A stretch of 64,000 nt of DNA from an uncultured Christensenella sp. (GTDB taxonomy: Bacteria > Bacillota > Clostridia > Christensenellales > UBA1242): contig CAJTYR010000007.1 in assembly GCA_910584295.1 (NCBI GenBank), forward strand, positions 4,469 through 68,468, written 5' to 3'. A program made the position numbers and the translations under genes. Under the pieces are notes generated by a model. That model saw only the letters and a program-made list of their open reading frames with translations. It ran no database searches and was not told the DNA's origin. Below, in pieces: positions 28,034-35,639 of the stretch. How positions within the stretch are numbered: position 1 is the first letter of the stretch; each line of letters begins with the position of its first letter.

Positions 28034-28216
28034 ATGACAACAGTTAAAGTAGGAGAAAACGAATCTCTTGAAAGCGCACTTAAAAGATTTAAGAGAAAAT
28101 GCCAAAAAGATGGAATCATCGGAGATATCAGAAAGAAAGAAGCCTATGACAAGCCAAGCGTAGCAAAGAAGAAAAAGAGCGAAAACGCAAGAAAAAGAGC
28201 AAGAAAAAGAGGCTAA
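28034..28216 (+). CDS. rpsU: 30S ribosomal protein S21
   Basis: [28 protein letters not shown]... is canonical S21. RBS GGTGGTGAG. Confidence 0.95.
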   Translation: MTTVKVGENESLESALKRFKRKCQKDGIIGDIRKKEAYDKPSVAKKKKSENARKRARKRG

Positions 28217-28261
28217 AAATAAAGCAGACAATTTTGTCTGCTTTTTCTTTTTACTGTCGGA

Positions 28262-28522
28262 CTATTGTTTGACTTCTTGAGATGTTTTTGAAACCTTTCT
28301 TCGTTTTTTCTTTTTAGGTGCTGGTTGTTCCACAAACTCTGGAAAAGGAACTCCAATGCCATTGCAGATTGAAATTGCACTCACTATATTGGTTTTTGAG
28401 CCATCTTTCAAAAAACGATTGAGTGTTTGCACATGTATGCCAATTTTTTTGCAAAATTTCTTTTTTGAAATGTTGTTTTCTTCGAAATATTTTTCGACAA
28501 GATATCTTTTGTATTTAATCAT
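28262..28522 (-). CDS. Small HTH regulator with basic tail
   Basis: ISKKKFCKKIGIHVQTLNRFLKDG is HTH-like. RBS GGAG. Lys/Arg-rich C-terminus. Confidence 0.65.
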   Translation of the reverse strand: MIKYKRYLVEKYFEENNISKKKFCKKIGIHVQTLNRFLKDGSKTNIVSAISICNGIGVPFPEFVEQPAPKKKKRRKVSKTSQEVKQ

Positions 28523-28633
28523 TCTTTTACTCCATTAAAAATTGAAATCTTTGAGATTTTTCTTGCAAGAAGCATAACATCCAAAATAATGAATGTCAAT
28601 AATTTTCGACATATTACGCATTATAATATTGTT

Positions 28634-28840
28634 ATGGAACGAAAATTCGCGCAAAGATTGAAAGAATTGAGGACGGAAGCCAATCTATCTTTTGAAAAAT
28701 TGAGTAAGTTGGTGGGTATAAGTTCGTCTGCACTATGCAATTGGGAAAATAACATCTGTGACATCAGCAGTGACAACTTGCAAGCACTTGCAGACTTTTT
28801 TTGCGTGACAACTGATTATTTGCTTGGGCGAGAGGATTAG
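28634..28840 (+). CDS. XRE-family HTH regulator
   Basis: FAQRLKELRTEANLSFEKLSKLVGISSSALCNWENN...LADFFCVTTDYLLG. TATAAT (28622-28627) lies only 6 nt before the ATG, so the mRNA may be leaderless. Confidence 0.75.
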   Translation: MERKFAQRLKELRTEANLSFEKLSKLVGISSSALCNWENNICDISSDNLQALADFFCVTTDYLLGRED

Positions 28841-28955
28841 GTGCCATTGGCACTTTTTTAAATATTTTTTGTTAAATTAACTTATATGGGGAGTTAGTTT
28901 TTTCTTTTATTATTTCTAATGGCATTTAAAAGACAAGAGAAAAAATACCTAATGT

Positions 28956-28973
28956 TTACATTATATAATGTAA
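28956..28973. promoter_or_regulatory. Perfect 18-bp palindrome overlapping a -10 box
   Basis: TTACATTAT/ATAATGTAA, upstream of the XRE gene at 29028. Confidence 0.5.
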
Positions 28974-29027
28974 GTGTCTATATGTTCTTTTTCTTTTTGT
29001 TTTATAATTTTGCTGTTGGGAGGTTTT

Positions 29028-29234
29028 ATGAGAAAAAAGTTGGGGACGAAGATTAAAACATTAAGAGAAGGACGAGGACTTTCAGTAAGGGCGTTAAGCA
29101 AAGAGTTAAATGTAAGAAAACAGACACTTATTCGCTGGGAGAAAGGTGAAGTTCGTATGAGGCTGTGTTATCTTATAAAAATTGCAGAATATTTTGATGT
29201 TTCTATGGATTTTTTATTAGGATTAAAAGATTGA
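29028..29234 (+). CDS. XRE-family HTH regulator
   Basis: LGTKIKTLREGRGLSVRALSKELNVRKQTLIRWEKGE...DFLLG. RBS GGGAGG. Confidence 0.8.
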   Translation: MRKKLGTKIKTLREGRGLSVRALSKELNVRKQTLIRWEKGEVRMRLCYLIKIAEYFDVSMDFLLGLKD

Positions 29235-29287
29235 TTTTGTGATGTAAAATCTTTTGAAAAACAACTAAGTTGTGGTAAAATATTTTT

Positions 29288-31405
29288 ATGAAATTTGACA
29301 TTGACTCTTTGAATGACGAGCAAAAGGAAGCACTCTTTCAGACTGAAGGAGTTGTTTTGGTCACTGCTGGGGCTGGAAGTGGAAAGACAAGATTGCTCAC
29401 CCACAGGATTTGTCATTTGATTGAAAAAGGCGTCTGCCCATATAACATCCTTGCAATCACATTCACAAACAAAGCGACAAACGAGATGAAAGAAAGACTT
29501 TTTTCTATGGGGGTTGAGCGTGTTTGGATTTCGACTTTTCACTCAATGTGTGTGAGAATTTTGCGTGAAAACATAGATTGTCTTGATGGATATGATCGCA
29601 ATTTCACAATCATTGCCGAGGCTGACAGAGACAAAATTTTGAAAGATTTGCTCAAAAAATATCAATGCGAAGAGGACGAAAAAAATAGAGTTATTTCGCA
29701 CCTTGAAAACATCAAAAACAAGGGGCTTGACATTGCTGATTACTTTTCTGCTTTGAGAGAATTTGGAAAAAATTCGCAACTTAAAATTTATGAAAAAATC
29801 TGTTATGACTATGAAGATTTTTTGCACAAAAACAACTCTCTTGATTTTGATGATTTGCTCAACAAAACTCTTTTCATGTTCCACAACTTCAAGGATGTTT
29901 TGTTGCACTATGCATCGCGATTTGAGTATATTTTGGTGGATGAATTTCAAGACACAAATTTGGTGCAATATAAACTGATTAAATTGCTTTCAAGTGTTCA
30001 TAAAAACCTTTTTGTTGTTGGGGATGAAGACCAATGCATCTATTCTTGGAGAGGGGCAAATTTTCAAAATATTTTCAATCTTAAAGACGATTTTGAAGAT
30101 GTGAAAGTGTTTAAACTTGAGAGAAATTATCGTTCTACAAAAAACATCCTGACGCTTGCAAACAATGTGATTGTAAACAACAAAGAACGGCTTTCAAAAA
30201 ATCTTTGGACAGACAAGGATGCTGGGGAAAAACCTGTTGTTTTCACCGCTTTTGATGAAAGAGATGAGGCTATGTTTGTGGCAAGAACAATTGATGATTT
30301 GCTTGTTCAAGGTTATTCCTACAGTGACTTTGCGGTGCTTATGAGGGTCAATGCTTTGTCAAGGTCGATTGAGGACGCTTTTATGGCGTTTCGCATGCCA
30401 TACAAACTTTATGGTGGCTTTAAGTTTTATGAAAGGGTAGAAGTGAAAATGGTTTTGTCCTATCTTTCCATTTTTTCAAATCCAAAGGATGAGATATCGC
30501 TTCTTAAAATTATCAATTTTCCTAAGCGAGGAATTGGCGAGGCTGCCATATTAAATTTGCAAAATGAGGCTGGCGAAAAGGGACTTTTGGAATATCTTTT
30601 GAGTGACAAATTTAAGTTTTCAAAATATCATTCAAAACTTGAAAAATTTGTTGAAAATATCAAAAAATTATATTCACAGTTGGACACATTGACACTCGTT
30701 GAATTTGTAGAAAAAGTCGTGAAAATTTTTGAATTGGAACATGCTTTTGCTGGCAAGGATGAGTCTTCGATTGAAAAGGTGGAGAACATTGAAAGTTTGC
30801 TTTCAAGTGTTTCGGAATTTCAAGATTTAAACGATGACGCAACCCTTTCTGACTTTCTTTCAAATGTTATGCTCAAAAGCGACAGTGATGACATTCAAGA
30901 AGGAGGTTATGTTTCCGTTTCAACAATTCATGCTGTCAAGGGACTTGAGTTTAAAGTGGTCTTTTTGGTTGGGCTTGAGGAAGGTCTTTTTCCGCTTTCT
31001 CGTGCCATGAACAGTGTAAGTGAACTTGAAGAAGAACGCCGACTAATGTATGTTGCAATCACAAGGGCGGAAGAGAGGCTTTATCTTGTGCATGCTGAAA
31101 AAAGATATATGTATGGCAAAAGTAATTATCAAAAGGTCAGTCGTTTTGTTGGTGAACTTGGAATTGTTTCAAAAGAGCGACCAAAACTTTTCAGTGTTGC
31201 AAGAGAATATGAAGAAAAAGAGGACAATTTTGACAGTGGATTTGAGGTTGGTGACAATGTCAACCATTCTCGTTTCGGATATGGGAAAATCGTCAATATT
31301 TCTGATGATGGGCTTGTTGCTGACATTGATTTTGATGATTTTGGAAGAAAAAGTCTGATGCTTAATTTGGCAAATCTTGAAAAGGTGGAGGGGTGTGATG
31401 AGTGA
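29288..31405 (+). CDS. pcrA: ATP-dependent DNA helicase PcrA (UvrD family)
   Basis: Walker A AGAGSGKT, DEFQDT, VGDEDQCIYSWRGA, and other SF1 motifs. Confidence 0.9.
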   Translation: MKFDIDSLNDEQKEALFQTEGVVLVTAGAGSGKTRLLTHRICHLIEKGVCPYNILAITFTNKATNEMKERLFSMGVERVWISTFHSMCVRILRENIDCLDGYDRNFTIIAEADRDKILKDLLKKYQCEEDEKNRVISHLENIKNKGLDIADYFSALREFGKNSQLKIYEKICYDYEDFLHKNNSLDFDDLLNKTLFMFHNFKDVLLHYASRFEYILVDEFQDTNLVQYKLIKLLSSVHKNLFVVGDEDQCIYSWRGANFQNIFNLKDDFEDVKVFKLERNYRSTKNILTLANNVIVNNKERLSKNLWTDKDAGEKPVVFTAFDERDEAMFVARTIDDLLVQGYSYSDFAVLMRVNALSRSIEDAFMAFRMPYKLYGGFKFYERVEVKMVLSYLSIFSNPKDEISLLKIINFPKRGIGEAAILNLQNEAGEKGLLEYLLSDKFKFSKYHSKLEKFVENIKKLYSQLDTLTLVEFVEKVVKIFELEHAFAGKDESSIEKVENIESLLSSVSEFQDLNDDATLSDFLSNVMLKSDSDDIQEGGYVSVSTIHAVKGLEFKVVFLVGLEEGLFPLSRAMNSVSELEEERRLMYVAITRAEERLYLVHAEKRYMYGKSNYQKVSRFVGELGIVSKERPKLFSVAREYEEKEDNFDSGFEVGDNVNHSRFGYGKIVNISDDGLVADIDFDDFGRKSLMLNLANLEKVEGCDE

Positions 31406-33353
31406 TAAAACTGAACTGATGAAAGAACTTATCAAGAAAATTGAACTTTACAACTATCATTACTATACTCTTGACAATCCTATTGTTTCTGACAAAGAAT
31501 ATGACAAGGTTTATTATGAACTTGTTGATCTTGAAGAAAAAACAGGTGTAGTTTTGCCAAACTCTCCAACGCAGAGGGTTGGTGGAGAGATTTTAAGTCA
31601 GTTTGTTAAAAGAAAGCATGAACATAAACTTTATAGTCTTATGAAAGTCAGATCCTTTGATGATCTTGAAAAGTGGATTGATGAGATGCATGAGTTTGAC
31701 AAAAACACTGATTTTGCACTTGAATACAAATTTGATGGGCTTCAACTTGTGCTTGAATATGACGATGGAGAATTTAAAAGTGCTACCACTCGTGGAAATG
31801 GTGAAGTTGGAGAAGATGTTTCGGCGCAGGTCAGGACAATTGCAACTGTGCCTCTCAAGATTTCCTATAAAGACCGCCTGATTGTGCAAGGTGAGGGCAT
31901 GATGACAAAAAAAGCTCTTGAAATTTACAATCGAAAGGCAGAAATTCCTCTTAAAAACACTCGAAATGGTGTTGCTGGTGCAATTCGTAATCTTGATCCA
32001 AAAGAGACAGCAAAGAGAAAGTTGGATTTCTTTTGCTATTCAATTATTTTTTGCGACAAGCGGTTCATATCTCAAGAGGAAATGCATATTTTCTTACTTG
32101 AAAATGGATTTAATGTGGGGGATTATTTCAAAATTTGTCACTCTCTTAATGACATTACAGAAAACATTGAAGAGGTTGGAAAGTTGAAATCTGAACTTCA
32201 GGTTGACATTGATGGGATGGTTATCAAAGTCAATAATGTTGCCCATCGTGAAGAGATTGGTTATACAAACAAATTCCCAAAGTGGGCAAGAGCATTCAAG
32301 TTTGAAGCGGAAGAGACTTCAACAATGCTTGAAGATGTCATCTGGCAGGTTGGAAGAAGCGGAAAGGTTTCTCCAATTGCTGTTTTAGAACCCGTGGAAC
32401 TTGCAGGGGCGACAATTTCTCGTGCGACGCTTAACAACATTGAAGATATAAGAAAAAAGAATGTTTTTCTTAAAAGCAGGGTTTTTATCAGGAGAAGCAA
32501 CGAGGTTATTCCAGAAGTCTTGGGCTTGGCTGAAAAATATGAAAATTCACAAGATATTGTTGAGCCTGTGGTTTGTCCATGTTGTGGAGAGAAACTCATC
32601 AAAAAAGGTCCACTTCTTTTCTGCAAAAATCACGATGGGTGTAAGGAGCAAATTGTCGCAAGACTTACTCATTTTGTCAGCCGTGATGCGTTTGATATTG
32701 TTGGGCTTTCCGAGAAAACCATTTCACAATTTTATGATGAGTTGGGACTTCGACATTTTTCAGATCTTTATTCTCTTACAAAAGAACAACTTATAGAACT
32801 TGAAAAATTCAAAGAGAAAAAGGCAGACAATGTGCTTAAAGCCCTTGAAAAAAGCAAGCATATTGATTTTTCAAAATTTTTGCTTGGGCTTGGAATAAGT
32901 GAAGTTGGTGTTAAAACCGCCAAGGATTTGGCGAAACGTTTTAAAACACTTGAAAATCTTAAAAAAGCAACCTTTGAAGAAATTATTGAAATTGAAGATA
33001 TAGGTGAAATAATTGCTCAAAATATCATTGAATTTTTTAGTGATGTAGACAATTTGAGCGAAATTGACAGATTGCTTGCGGTTGGTGTTTCTCCAAAACA
33101 TGAAGACTTGCAAAAATCAAACAAACTTGAAGGATTGACTTTTGTGCTTACTGGGACACTTCCAAATATGTCAAGGCAAGAGATGACAAAGTTGATTGAA
33201 GAAAATGGTGGGAAAACTGCCTCATCAGTTTCAAAAAACACCTCTTTTGTGATTGCTGGTGAGGAAGCGGGAAGCAAACTTGACAAAGCGAAGACTCTTA
33301 ATATTACAATTTTGACAGAAGCGGAATTTTTGTCCAAATATATTGATAATTAA
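31398..33353 (+). CDS. ligA: NAD-dependent DNA ligase LigA
   Basis: YYTLDNPIVSDKEYD, adenylation motif KFDG, zinc finger CPCCG...C, C-terminal BRCT. The ATG overlaps the end of pcrA. Confidence 0.95.
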   Translation: MSDKTELMKELIKKIELYNYHYYTLDNPIVSDKEYDKVYYELVDLEEKTGVVLPNSPTQRVGGEILSQFVKRKHEHKLYSLMKVRSFDDLEKWIDEMHEFDKNTDFALEYKFDGLQLVLEYDDGEFKSATTRGNGEVGEDVSAQVRTIATVPLKISYKDRLIVQGEGMMTKKALEIYNRKAEIPLKNTRNGVAGAIRNLDPKETAKRKLDFFCYSIIFCDKRFISQEEMHIFLLENGFNVGDYFKICHSLNDITENIEEVGKLKSELQVDIDGMVIKVNNVAHREEIGYTNKFPKWARAFKFEAEETSTMLEDVIWQVGRSGKVSPIAVLEPVELAGATISRATLNNIEDIRKKNVFLKSRVFIRRSNEVIPEVLGLAEKYENSQDIVEPVVCPCCGEKLIKKGPLLFCKNHDGCKEQIVARLTHFVSRDAFDIVGLSEKTISQFYDELGLRHFSDLYSLTKEQLIELEKFKEKKADNVLKALEKSKHIDFSKFLLGLGISEVGVKTAKDLAKRFKTLENLKKATFEEIIEIEDIGEIIAQNIIEFFSDVDNLSEIDRLLAVGVSPKHEDLQKSNKLEGLTFVLTGTLPNMSRQEMTKLIEENGGKTASSVSKNTSFVIAGEEAGSKLDKAKTLNITILTEAEFLSKYIDN

Positions 33354-33394
33354 GCTTCGGCGTGATATAATAAATTATATACGGAGGAAAAATT

Positions 33395-33847
33395 ATGGCT
33401 GCACCAGCACCTTTTGGGAAATGTCCAATTTGCAAACACCCTGTGTCTATAGAAATGTTGCCAATGGGTTTTAAAGTGGATGGACAAGGTAGAAAGAAAA
33501 AAGTTAAAATGTCAGCGGTTTTTGATGCGGCTTTATCTCAAACTCTTAGATGGACAGGAGAAATGCTTGGAAGAAGTATTGCATCTGCCATTACAGCTGG
33601 GACCGCTTCACCTGTTGCTGGGAAAAGACAACTTTATTATACTTGCAATTTTTCCGGCTCGGATGATGGAGAGCCTGCTTGTCCTCTTTGTTATTCAAAG
33701 AGTAAGGCTTATTTGGAAAAGACTCCACTTGGAACATTTACTTTGGTTGGAGATGCAACAGGACTTTCAATTGAAATGATGAGAGCTGTGTATACATCAA
33801 AAAAACAAATGTATGATATGCAACAAAAAATGAAGAAAAAGAAATAA
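33395..33847 (+). CDS. Hypothetical protein with two widely spaced CxxC pairs
   Basis: CPICKHP...CPLCYSK. RBS GGAGGA. No family recognised. Confidence 0.55.
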   Translation: MAAPAPFGKCPICKHPVSIEMLPMGFKVDGQGRKKKVKMSAVFDAALSQTLRWTGEMLGRSIASAITAGTASPVAGKRQLYYTCNFSGSDDGEPACPLCYSKSKAYLEKTPLGTFTLVGDATGLSIEMMRAVYTSKKQMYDMQQKMKKKK

Positions 33848-33925
33848 TATGTTTTAAATTTAAAATTCACTTTTTATGAAGAGTGAACTTTTTCTTTTTT
33901 TGATGATTTATATTTTGAAAATCTC

Positions 33926-33954
33926 TTGACAAAGTTTCTTTAAATATATATAAT
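33926..33954 (+). promoter_or_regulatory. Consensus sigma-A type promoter
   Basis: TTGACA (33926-33931), 17 nt, TATAAT (33949-33954). Confidence 0.7.
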
Positions 33955-33960
33955 AACAAG

Positions 33961-34197
33961 GTGTTTCGTTGTCGGAAACCATGCTTAATTTTTTAAGCAT
34001 AAACAAACAACAGGTGGCAAGCCGATTTAAAGTGATTTAGTTTCGGCATAAGTTTTGAAAAAAACTGACAGGAAAAAGGGAAACAAACCCCACCGATTTG
34101 AAGGAAAAGTTCTTCAAAGTCACAAAAAGTGATTGTGTTGTTCATGTTTGATTAAAAAGCATTTTCTATGGCACGAACTCATATTCGTGCCTTTTTT
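33961..34197 (+). ncRNA. Structured leader or small RNA of about 240 nt upstream of rpsL, class unknown
   Basis: Starts at the consensus promoter and ends at an intrinsic terminator. Contains several hairpins and a long-range helix (34001-34012 with 34134-34150). Confidence 0.35.
34170..34197 (+). terminator. Intrinsic terminator/attenuator 67 nt before rpsL
   Basis: Hairpin GGCACGAA-CTCATA-TTCGTGCC followed by TTTTTT. Confidence 0.75.
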
Positions 34198-34264
34198 ATG
34201 ACACAGGTGTAAAGTCGATGCAATTTTTGTATACATCAAGAAAAAGATTATTAAGGAGAAAAAG

Positions 34265-34645
34265 ATGCCTACATTTAACCAATTGGTAAGAAATGGCAGA
34301 AAGAGTTTTGAAAAGAAGAAGAAAGCTCCACTTTTGGAAGAATGCCCACAAAAACGTGGTGTTTGCTTGTCAGTAAGAACAGCAACTCCAAAAAAGCCAA
34401 ACTCTGCTCTTCGAAAAATTGCCAGAGTTAAACTTTCAAATGGTCAAGAAGGAACTTGCTACATCCCTGGAATTGGACACAACTTGCAAGAGCACAGTGT
34501 CGTTCTCGTTCGTGGCGGACGTGTTAAGGACCTTCCTGGTGTGAGATATCACATCGTTCGTGGGACTCTTGATACCGCTGGCGTTGCAAACAGAAAGCAA
34601 AGCCGTTCTAAGTATGGTGCAAAGAGACCAAAATCAGGCAAGTAA
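34265..34645 (+). CDS. rpsL: 30S ribosomal protein S12
   Basis: [13 protein letters not shown]...[10 protein letters not shown] is canonical S12. Confidence 0.97.
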   Translation: MPTFNQLVRNGRKSFEKKKKAPLLEECPQKRGVCLSVRTATPKKPNSALRKIARVKLSNGQEGTCYIPGIGHNLQEHSVVLVRGGRVKDLPGVRYHIVRGTLDTAGVANRKQSRSKYGAKRPKSGK

Positions 34646-34686
34646 GATTGTGCTGAAGTAAAAATTAAAAAAAGGAGTAAAACACA

Positions 34687-35160
34687 ATGCCAAGAAGAAA
34701 TAGTGCTGTCAAGAAAGAAGTTTTACCTGATCCAATTTATAATAACAAAGTTGTTACAAAACTTATCAACCAAGTTATGATGAGTGGAAAGAAAGGTCTT
34801 GCACAAAGAATTGTTTATGGTGCTTTCGATATTTTGAAAGAGAAAACTGGTGCAGAACCTCTTGATGTTTGCCTCACAGCAATCGAGAATGTAAAACCTA
34901 TGCTTGAAACAAAAGGACGCAGAGTTGGTGGTGCAACATACCAAGTTCCAATGGAAATTCGTCCTGAAAGAAGACAAACTCTTGCAATTCGTTGGATCGT
35001 TGCAAATGCAAGAAAGAGAACTGGTGAAAGAAACATGAATGAAAAGCTTGCTGGTGAACTTTTGGATGCTTACAACAACACGGGCGCTTCAATCAAAAAG
35101 CGTGATGAAATGCATAGAATGGCTGAAGCTAACAAGGCTTTTGCACACTACAAGTGGTAA
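34687..35160 (+). CDS. rpsG: 30S ribosomal protein S7
   Basis: [19 protein letters not shown]...AFAHYKW is canonical S7. Confidence 0.97.
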   Translation: MPRRNSAVKKEVLPDPIYNNKVVTKLINQVMMSGKKGLAQRIVYGAFDILKEKTGAEPLDVCLTAIENVKPMLETKGRRVGGATYQVPMEIRPERRQTLAIRWIVANARKRTGERNMNEKLAGELLDAYNNTGASIKKRDEMHRMAEANKAFAHYKW

Positions 35161-35172
35161 AATTTTCATTTC

Positions 35173-35273
35173 TTGAGCGATGTGCTTTGTTTCTAATTTA
35201 TTTTCATATAAGTCATGTGCGATTAGGCACACTCCTTATCTGAAAATAAATTGAGCCTTGCACCTCATCTCAA
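35173..35273 (+). repeat. Long imperfect hairpin in the rpsG-fusA spacer
   Basis: 35195-35212 pairs with 35235-35252 (17 of 18). Capped by TGTGC-GATTAG-GCACA and extended by 35173-35185 with 35260-35273. Confidence 0.6.
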
Positions 35274-35422
35274 TAAAAGAAAATTTTGCTCTTGAAAGGT
35301 ATTTTCCACCAGCGAATTGGTCGCAACTTAAAGTGGAAGATTTGAGAGGGATGGAAAGGATTTAACAGAACTCTCAAAAAAAGTAAATTTTAGTTAAAAT
35401 CAAAACAATTTTGGAGGATAAA

Positions 35423-35569
35423 ATGGTAAGCAGATTTGAAATGTACAAAGCATATCACGCAGCAGTTAAAAAGGCTGAGGAAGCACAAAAACTTGAAGCG
35501 GAAGCAAAAAACACAAAAACTGCTTATGTTAAAGGACAAAAAGTCGTTCAATCTCCAAAAGAAAAATAG
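35423..35569 (+). CDS. Small Lys/Ala-rich protein (48 aa), unannotated, between rpsG and fusA
   Basis: RBS TTGGAGGA 6 nt ahead of the ATG. Translation: MVSRFEMYKAYHAAVKKAEEAQKLEAEAKNTKTAYVKGQKVVQSPKEK. Confidence 0.45.
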   Translation: MVSRFEMYKAYHAAVKKAEEAQKLEAEAKNTKTAYVKGQKVVQSPKEK

Positions 35570-35639
35570 TTTTTGGAAATTTCACACCATGGTTTAAGAA
35601 AACTTAAAATTGTGAAAAATTTAATTTAGGAGAAAAAAT

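Noticed and set aside
33961-34197. Attempt to assign the rpsL-upstream RNA to a known class (T-box, SRP/4.5S, 6S, RNase P, tmRNA)
   Set aside because: I could not find the T-box 14-mer, the SRP domain IV motif, the RNase P GGAAAGTCCG-type core, or a tmRNA tag and CCA end. 6S cannot be excluded or supported by eye, so the class is left open.
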